This document shows, in pieces, positions 27,799 through 32,000 of a stretch of 32,000 bases of DNA. The stretch lies in NCBI RefSeq assembly GCF_000008625.1, contig NC_000918.1:1350001-1382000 (forward strand), read 5' to 3'. The stretch comes from Aquifex aeolicus VF5. GTDB lineage: Bacteria > Aquificota > Aquificia > Aquificales > Aquificaceae. Position 1 is the first letter of the stretch. Every line of letters starts with the position of its first letter. The translations under genes were made by a program, and so were the position numbers. The notes below the pieces were generated by a model, which was not told the DNA's origin, made no database searches, and worked only from the letters and a program-made list of their open reading frames with translations.

Positions 27799-28562
27799 TA
27801 GCCCTCAGTATTGCAGGGTTTGACAACAGCGGTGGAGCGGGAACCTTAGCGGATATAAGAACATTTAAGCACTTCGGTATTTACGGAGTTGCCGTAATAA
27901 CCGCCCTGGCGGTTCAAAACACCCAAAAGGTTTACGAGGTATTTCCCATTCCGCCGGATGTAGTTAAGGAAGAGCTGAAAGCAATATTTGAGGACTTTCC
28001 GATAAAGGGTGTAAAGATAGGTATGCTTGCAAATAAAGAAATAGCGGAAGTGGTTTACGAAACTCTTAAGAGTAAAAAAACAAACTTTATAGTTCTTGAT
28101 CCCGTTTTTCGTTCAAAGTCAGGAAGGGAACTTCTTTCAGAAGAAGGGGTTGAGTTTCTAAAAAGTGAGTTTATTAAAATCGTTGACCTAATTACTCCAA
28201 ACGTTCCAGAGGCAGAAATTCTTTGCGGAGAAGAGATAAAGAGTTTAGAAGACGTAAAAAATTGTGCCCAAAAAATTTATTCCTTAGGGGCTAAAAGCGT
28301 GCTTATAAAGGGCGGGCACTTGAAAGGAAACTATGCGATAGATATTCTTTACGACGGAAAGAGTTTTTATGAGTTTAAAGCTCCCAAAATTGCAGGAAAA
28401 ACTCCGAGAGGGACGGGTTGTGTTTATTCCTCTGCAATCCTTGCCAATTACCTGAGGCACAAAGACCTAATAAAAGCGATAAAAACAGCGAAAGATTTCA
28501 TTACAGAAGCTATAAAAAACAGTAAAAAACTCGGAAAAGGCTACGAGATTATGGACTTTTGA
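27795..28562 (+). CDS. thiD: Hydroxymethylpyrimidine/phosphomethylpyrimidine kinase
   Basis: 255 aa from ATG 27795 (MIALSIAGFDNSGGAGTLADIRTF). Ribokinase-fold motifs VKIGML, TPNVPEAE, LIKGGH and GTGCVYSSAI are present. The track's extra 24 N-terminal codons overlap the preceding gene and are not ThiD-like. Confidence 0.93.
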   Translation: MIALSIAGFDNSGGAGTLADIRTFKHFGIYGVAVITALAVQNTQKVYEVFPIPPDVVKEELKAIFEDFPIKGVKIGMLANKEIAEVVYETLKSKKTNFIVLDPVFRSKSGRELLSEEGVEFLKSEFIKIVDLITPNVPEAEILCGEEIKSLEDVKNCAQKIYSLGAKSVLIKGGHLKGNYAIDILYDGKSFYEFKAPKIAGKTPRGTGCVYSSAILANYLRHKDLIKAIKTAKDFITEAIKNSKKLGKGYEIMDF

Positions 28563-29325
28563 AACTCTGAATAAAGTACTCAAAGACTTTGAAGAAATCC
28601 TGAAAGTGGTTTGACATGGTGATCGTTATTAACGGAAGTGATAGGAGGAGTATTATAAGCCCTATGGAAACCTGAAGTGGAAGACCTACCATAAACACGT
28701 TCATCTGTGGTATGAACCTGTTTACCACTGCAAGAACGAGGTTAAGGATTAAGGCGGTAAGAATAAGAGGCATGGCGATTTTAACACCTAGTCTAAAACT
28801 CTCGTAAAAGAAGTTTAAAAAAACTTCGGGGTTTAAGTAAAAAATATTAAAAGAACCTACGGGAAGTCTTTTAAAACTCTCCGCAAGCCCGAGGATAATA
28901 AACTCTCCGCCTCCGAGTGATAGGAATATCAACGTGCCGTAAAGGGTAAAAAATCCGGAAAAGAGACTCATTTGGGTCATTCCCGGAATAAACATCTGGA
29001 GGAAACCGAGACCCGTGTGGAGGGCTATAAGTTCTCCAGCTATTATTAAAGCGTCAAACAAAAGTCTCAGTATTAAACCTGCACTGAAGCCAAAAAGAAG
29101 TTCGTTCAAAGCATAAACCAGAAATTCCACGAAAGTGTTAACTTTCACCGGAGTAATGTTTATAAAAGAAAGCACGGCGAAAGAAAGGGCAAAGGCGAGG
29201 TAAAGTCTTATAGTGTTAGGAATTAAAAAAGAACCATAAAAGGGAAAGGTAAATAGAAAACTAACAATCCGAAAATAGGAAAGTAAAAGCGTGATTAAAA
29301 ACTCTTCGGAAGTTACCTTATCCAT
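28549..29325 (-). CDS. fliR: Flagellar type III export apparatus protein FliR
   Basis: 258 aa, a polytopic membrane protein of the length and hydropathy pattern of FliR. It lies immediately downstream of fliQ and overlaps it by 13 nt. Confidence 0.88.
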   Translation of the reverse strand: MDKVTSEEFLITLLLSYFRIVSFLFTFPFYGSFLIPNTIRLYLAFALSFAVLSFINITPVKVNTFVEFLVYALNELLFGFSAGLILRLLFDALIIAGELIALHTGLGFLQMFIPGMTQMSLFSGFFTLYGTLIFLSLGGGEFIILGLAESFKRLPVGSFNIFYLNPEVFLNFFYESFRLGVKIAMPLILTALILNLVLAVVNRFIPQMNVFMVGLPLQVSIGLIILLLSLPLITITMSNHFQDFFKVFEYFIQSFKSP

Positions 29326-29582
29326 ACGGGAATGTTTGCAAAAATCTCAACTGCAAAGTCAACGAGCTTTCTCATCATCCAGCCGCCGAGGAGAAATATA
29401 ACGAGAAATGCGGTAATTACCTTGGGGATATAGGAAAGCGTCATTTCCTGAATTTGAGTAGCCGCCTGAAATATACTAACCACAAGCCCAACAACGAAAG
29501 TGGAAAGCAATACGGGAAGTGCCAAAAGAAGCGTCATTTCAAGTGCTCTTTGCCCTAAGGAAACTATTAAATCCTGTTCCAT
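29313..29582 (-). CDS. fliQ: Flagellar type III export apparatus protein FliQ
   Basis: 89 aa from ATG 29582. The core VSIFQAATQIQEMTLSYIPKV matches the FliQ signature (QAATQI.EMTLSFIPK) and the length equals that of E. coli FliQ. The 32 extra N-terminal codons in the ORF track read through CRISPR repeats and are spurious. Confidence 0.93.
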   Translation of the reverse strand: MEQDLIVSLGQRALEMTLLLALPVLLSTFVVGLVVSIFQAATQIQEMTLSYIPKVITAFLVIFLLGGWMMRKLVDFAVEIFANIPVWIR

Positions 29583-29598
29583 ATAAAGATTTTTACCA

Positions 29599-29894
29599 TA
29601 GCTTCTTCCACACGGTACATTAGGAACAAAGAAAATCCAAGAAATGTCCACGCCCTCCGAAGTCAGTTTCAACTCCACTACGGTACATTAGGAACTTATT
29701 TAGCATTCAAAAAAGGAGTTCTTGTAAATACAGTTTCAACTCCACTACGGTACATTAGGAACAAGTGAGGAGATGGGAAAGACATGAGGAAATTCTACGT
29801 TTCAACTCCACTACGGTACATTAGGAACTGCTGGATTTCCCTTCCTTATTTTAATGTTCATTACGTTTCAACTCCACTACGGTACATTAGGAAC
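29599..29894 (-). CRISPR. Mini CRISPR array: 4 identical 30-nt repeats plus 1 degenerate terminal repeat, 4 spacers (38, 37, 36, 36 nt)
   Basis: Plus-strand repeat GTTTCAACTCCACTACGGTACATTAGGAAC at 29666-29695, 29733-29762, 29799-29828 and 29865-29894. A degenerate copy lies at 29599-29627: the 3' 21 nt are kept with one deletion and the 5' 8 nt have diverged. The minus orientation is inferred from three points. The reverse complement GTTCCTAATGTACCGTAGTGGAGTTGAAAC ends in the GTTGAAAC handle-type motif. The degenerate repeat is at the far (fliQ) end. The AT-rich non-coding leader is on the purH side. Confidence 0.92.
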
Positions 29895-30009
29895 CCTGCG
29901 TGCCTGTGTCTAAAAAATAACGTACTATCAATAACTTATTAGACACCCGACCCTCACGAAACGAATGTTAATTTCCGCTAACCCAAGGTTCTGCAAGCTT
30001 GAGTATACC

Positions 30010-30038
30010 TTTATAAAATTTTTACCCTTGATTTTCAA
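30010..30038 (-). promoter_or_regulatory. Candidate CRISPR leader promoter
   Basis: On the minus strand: TTGAAA (30038-30033), a 17-nt spacer, then TATAAA (30015-30010). It lies about 115 nt upstream of the leader-proximal repeat. Motif match only. Confidence 0.4.
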
Positions 30039-30137
30039 TCCTTTCAACTTTATCGCATCATGATTTCATTTCATCACACCATCAAAACATCACTTATCAA
30101 GACCCACCACCCCTATTCAGTTGCCAAGGAGCCGGCT

Positions 30138-30158
30138 GGGGCTTTTTAGCCCCTTTTT
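30138..30158 (+). terminator. Intrinsic-terminator-like hairpin between purH and the CRISPR leader
   Basis: GGGGCT-TTTT-AGCCCC (6-bp stem, 4-nt loop) followed by TTTTT on the plus strand. On the minus strand (purH sense) the same hairpin is preceded by AAAAA and followed by the non-U-rich AGCCGGCTCC. It starts about 19 nt beyond the purH stop. Confidence 0.45.
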
Positions 30159-30177
30159 AAAAGTATATCACATATCT

Positions 30178-31698
30178 TTAATGTTTAAAGTGTCTTAAAC
30201 CTGTGAATATCATCGCTATTCCGTGTTCATTGCACGCATCTATTACTTCCTGATCTCTTATAGAACCGCCGGGTTGGATTACCGCAGTTATTCCTTCTTT
30301 AGCCATTATGTCTATACTGTCTCTGAACGGGAAGAAAGCTTCCGAGGCTACCACGGCACCTTTGAGGTCAAAACCAAACTCCTTGGCTTTGTTTATAGCA
30401 CATTTCAAACTGTCAACTCTGGAAACGTTTCCCGAGCCTATGCCGAGAGTTTGTCCGTTTTTGGCTATAACTACGGCATTTGACTTTGTGTGTTTTACCA
30501 CTTTCCAAGCGAATAACAGATCTTCCATTTCTTCTGCCGTAGGTTCTCTTTTCGTGACCACTTGGAGTTTTTCGTAAAGTACCGTGTCTTCGTCCTGAAG
30601 GAGGTAACCGCCGCTAACTTTTTTCACGTCAAAGGCGTGTTGAAAGCCGAAGAACCTTATGACTCTTAGATTTTTCTTTCTTGATAATTCCCTTAAAGCT
30701 TCTTCGTCGTAATCGGGGGCAATCACAACTTCAAGGAACATGGAGGTTAATTCTTTTGCGGTTTCCCCGTCAACCTTATCGTTAAAGGCCACTATCCCCC
30801 CGAATGCGGATACGGGATCGGCTTCCTTTGCCCTCAAAAACGCTTCTTTTACGGAAGAGCCGAGAGCTACGCCACAGGGATTGTTATGTTTTATGATTGC
30901 ACACACAGTTTGATTGGGAAATTCCGCAACTAACCTAACCGCGGAATCGGCGTCCAGATAATTGTTAAATGACATTTCCTTTCCTTGAAGGACCTGAGCT
31001 TTAGTTATTCCTATATCTTCCAAAGGGTTTTCGTAAAGGAAACCTCTTTGATGGGGGTTTTCTCCGTACCTCAGTTTCTGCATACGCTTAAGGGGGAGAG
31101 CTTCTTCCTTCCCGAAAGTATCTATGGAATAGAGCTTCTTAAAGGCTTGAGATATTACACCGTCGTAGTAGGCGGTATGGGAAAAGGCTTTCCATGCAAG
31201 GTAAGCCCTGTCCTGAAGTGTCAGGTTTCCCTTCTTTAACTTTTCTATTACCCAGTCGTAATCTTCCGGATCTACGAGGATGACAACCCTGAAGAAGTTT
31301 TTTGCAGCCGCCCTTATGAGCGTAGGTCCCCCGATGTCTATAAATTCCATTAAGTCTTTATCCGTTAAACCTTCCTTTAATTTCTCTTCAAAGGGGTACA
31401 GGTTTACGACGACAACGTCTATGGGTTTTATTCCATGCTTTTCTATTTCTTCCTTGTCCTTTTCTACCCAGTCTCTGAATAAAATTCCTCCGTGAACTAC
31501 AGGGTGGAGGGTCTTAACCCTTCCCTCAAGTATTTCGGGAAAACCTGTAATTTCGGAAACCTCTTTCACGGAGATGCCTTTCTCTCTGAGGTACTTCGCC
31601 GTTCCTCCCGTTGATACGATTTCGTAGCCGAGTTCCTGAAGAGCTTTTGCCAGTTTGTCTATTCCTTCCTTCCTGTATACGGATATTATCGCCCTCAT
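30178..31698 (-). CDS. purH: Bifunctional AICAR transformylase / IMP cyclohydrolase
   Basis: 506 aa with an N-terminal MGS-like domain (RAIISVYRKEGI...STGGTAKYL...VKTLHPVVHGGIL) and a C-terminal AICARFT domain (YGENPHQ, IKHNNPCG, ...QPGGSIRD). Confidence 0.97.
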   Translation of the reverse strand: MRAIISVYRKEGIDKLAKALQELGYEIVSTGGTAKYLREKGISVKEVSEITGFPEILEGRVKTLHPVVHGGILFRDWVEKDKEEIEKHGIKPIDVVVVNLYPFEEKLKEGLTDKDLMEFIDIGGPTLIRAAAKNFFRVVILVDPEDYDWVIEKLKKGNLTLQDRAYLAWKAFSHTAYYDGVISQAFKKLYSIDTFGKEEALPLKRMQKLRYGENPHQRGFLYENPLEDIGITKAQVLQGKEMSFNNYLDADSAVRLVAEFPNQTVCAIIKHNNPCGVALGSSVKEAFLRAKEADPVSAFGGIVAFNDKVDGETAKELTSMFLEVVIAPDYDEEALRELSRKKNLRVIRFFGFQHAFDVKKVSGGYLLQDEDTVLYEKLQVVTKREPTAEEMEDLLFAWKVVKHTKSNAVVIAKNGQTLGIGSGNVSRVDSLKCAINKAKEFGFDLKGAVVASEAFFPFRDSIDIMAKEGITAVIQPGGSIRDQEVIDACNEHGIAMIFTGLRHFKH

Positions 31699-31710
31699 TT
31701 GTAAAACATC

Positions 31711-32000
31711 TTACCTCAGCAACCTCAGTATGTCGTTTATGAACACGAAAATCGTGAGGGTTATGATTATGGCAAGTCCTACCCTTTGCCAGTACTCCTT
31801 GAACTTTTCAGGAAGAGGTCTTCCCCTTAACCACTCTATGGCAAACAGCAGTATCAGTCCACCGTCGAGTATGGGTAGGGGAATGAGGTTAAAAATACCA
31901 AGTTGAAGTGAAATGAAAGCCATCATAACGAGGTACGGGATAAATCCGCTCTGGGCGGCCTGTCCCGCTATTTGTGCTATCGCTATAGGTCCCCCGAGAG
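31711..32000 (-). CDS. rseP: RIP zinc metalloprotease RseP/YaeL family, C-terminal fragment (5' end outside window)
   Basis: The reading frame stays open to the window edge and translates as ...LGGPIAIAQIAGQAAQSGFIPYLVMMAFISLQLGIFNLIPLPILDGG.... The NLIPLPxLDGG motif and the following TM helix are typical of site-2 proteases. Confidence 0.85.
   Translation of the reverse strand, partial: LGGPIAIAQIAGQAAQSGFIPYLVMMAFISLQLGIFNLIPLPILDGGLILLFAIEWLRGRPLPEKFKEYWQRVGLAIIITLTIFVFINDILRLLR

Noticed and set aside
29583-29678. 32-codon N-terminal extension of the fliQ ORF in the supplied track (MELKLTSEGVDISWIFFVPNVPCGRSYGKNLY)
   Set aside because: It is read through CRISPR repeats and a spacer. The 89-aa protein starting at ATG 29582 matches full-length FliQ.
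29895-30177. Structured ncRNA (6S-like, tracrRNA-like anti-repeat) or vestigial CRISPR repeats in the leader (TTTCAACT at 30042-30049 and TTTTCAATCC at 30032-30041 resemble the repeat end)
   Set aside because: There is no long-range complementarity for a 6S-type fold. The repeat-like matches are only 8-9 nt and coincide with -35-like TTGAAA hexamers on the minus strand. No ORF of meaningful length is present. I report only the specific motifs I can see.

Overview
The window reads as a compact, gene-dense chromosome of a hyperthermophilic Aquificae-type bacterium. The protein sequences look Aquifex aeolicus-like, for example a 248-aa NusG and a 1574-aa RNA polymerase beta-prime, but I cannot confirm this without a database search. 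About 45% of the window (6427-20899) is one co-directional information-processing block: promoter, tRNA-Thr/Tyr/Gly/Thr, tuf, rpmG, tRNA-Trp, secE, nusG, rplK-rplA-rplJ-rplL, rpoB-rpoC. Intergenic gaps there are tiny and several starts overlap stops as ATGA. The rest is unrelated housekeeping genes packed end to end: der, an archaeal-type dehydroquinate synthase II, coaX, hyuB, an LplA-type ligase, rusA, rplS, rnhB, a degenerate metallophosphoesterase, tRNA-Asp, a radical-SAM enzyme, thiD, purH and an rseP fragment. The flagellar export genes are split into fliO-fliP (1.3-2.3 kb) and fliQ-fliR (28.5-29.6 kb). Six convergent gene pairs have zero or negative spacing. I see no transposases, integrases or prophage blocks. 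The only clearly accessory element is a small cas-less CRISPR array (29599-29894; four perfect 30-nt repeats plus one degenerate repeat). It is most likely transcribed on the minus strand from a 283-nt leader next to purH, and it ends only 16 nt before the fliQ start codon. Other points worth a second look: a Gly5-Cys/TM/basic C-terminal tail on a secreted subtilase, a hairpin whose loop holds the overlapping stop codons of rpoC and that subtilase, a CxxC...CxxC insertion near the RpoB N-terminus, and a possible LplA plus radical-SAM lipoate-assembly pairing. I do not see convincing evidence for a wholly new multi-gene system. The claims below are graded accordingly.
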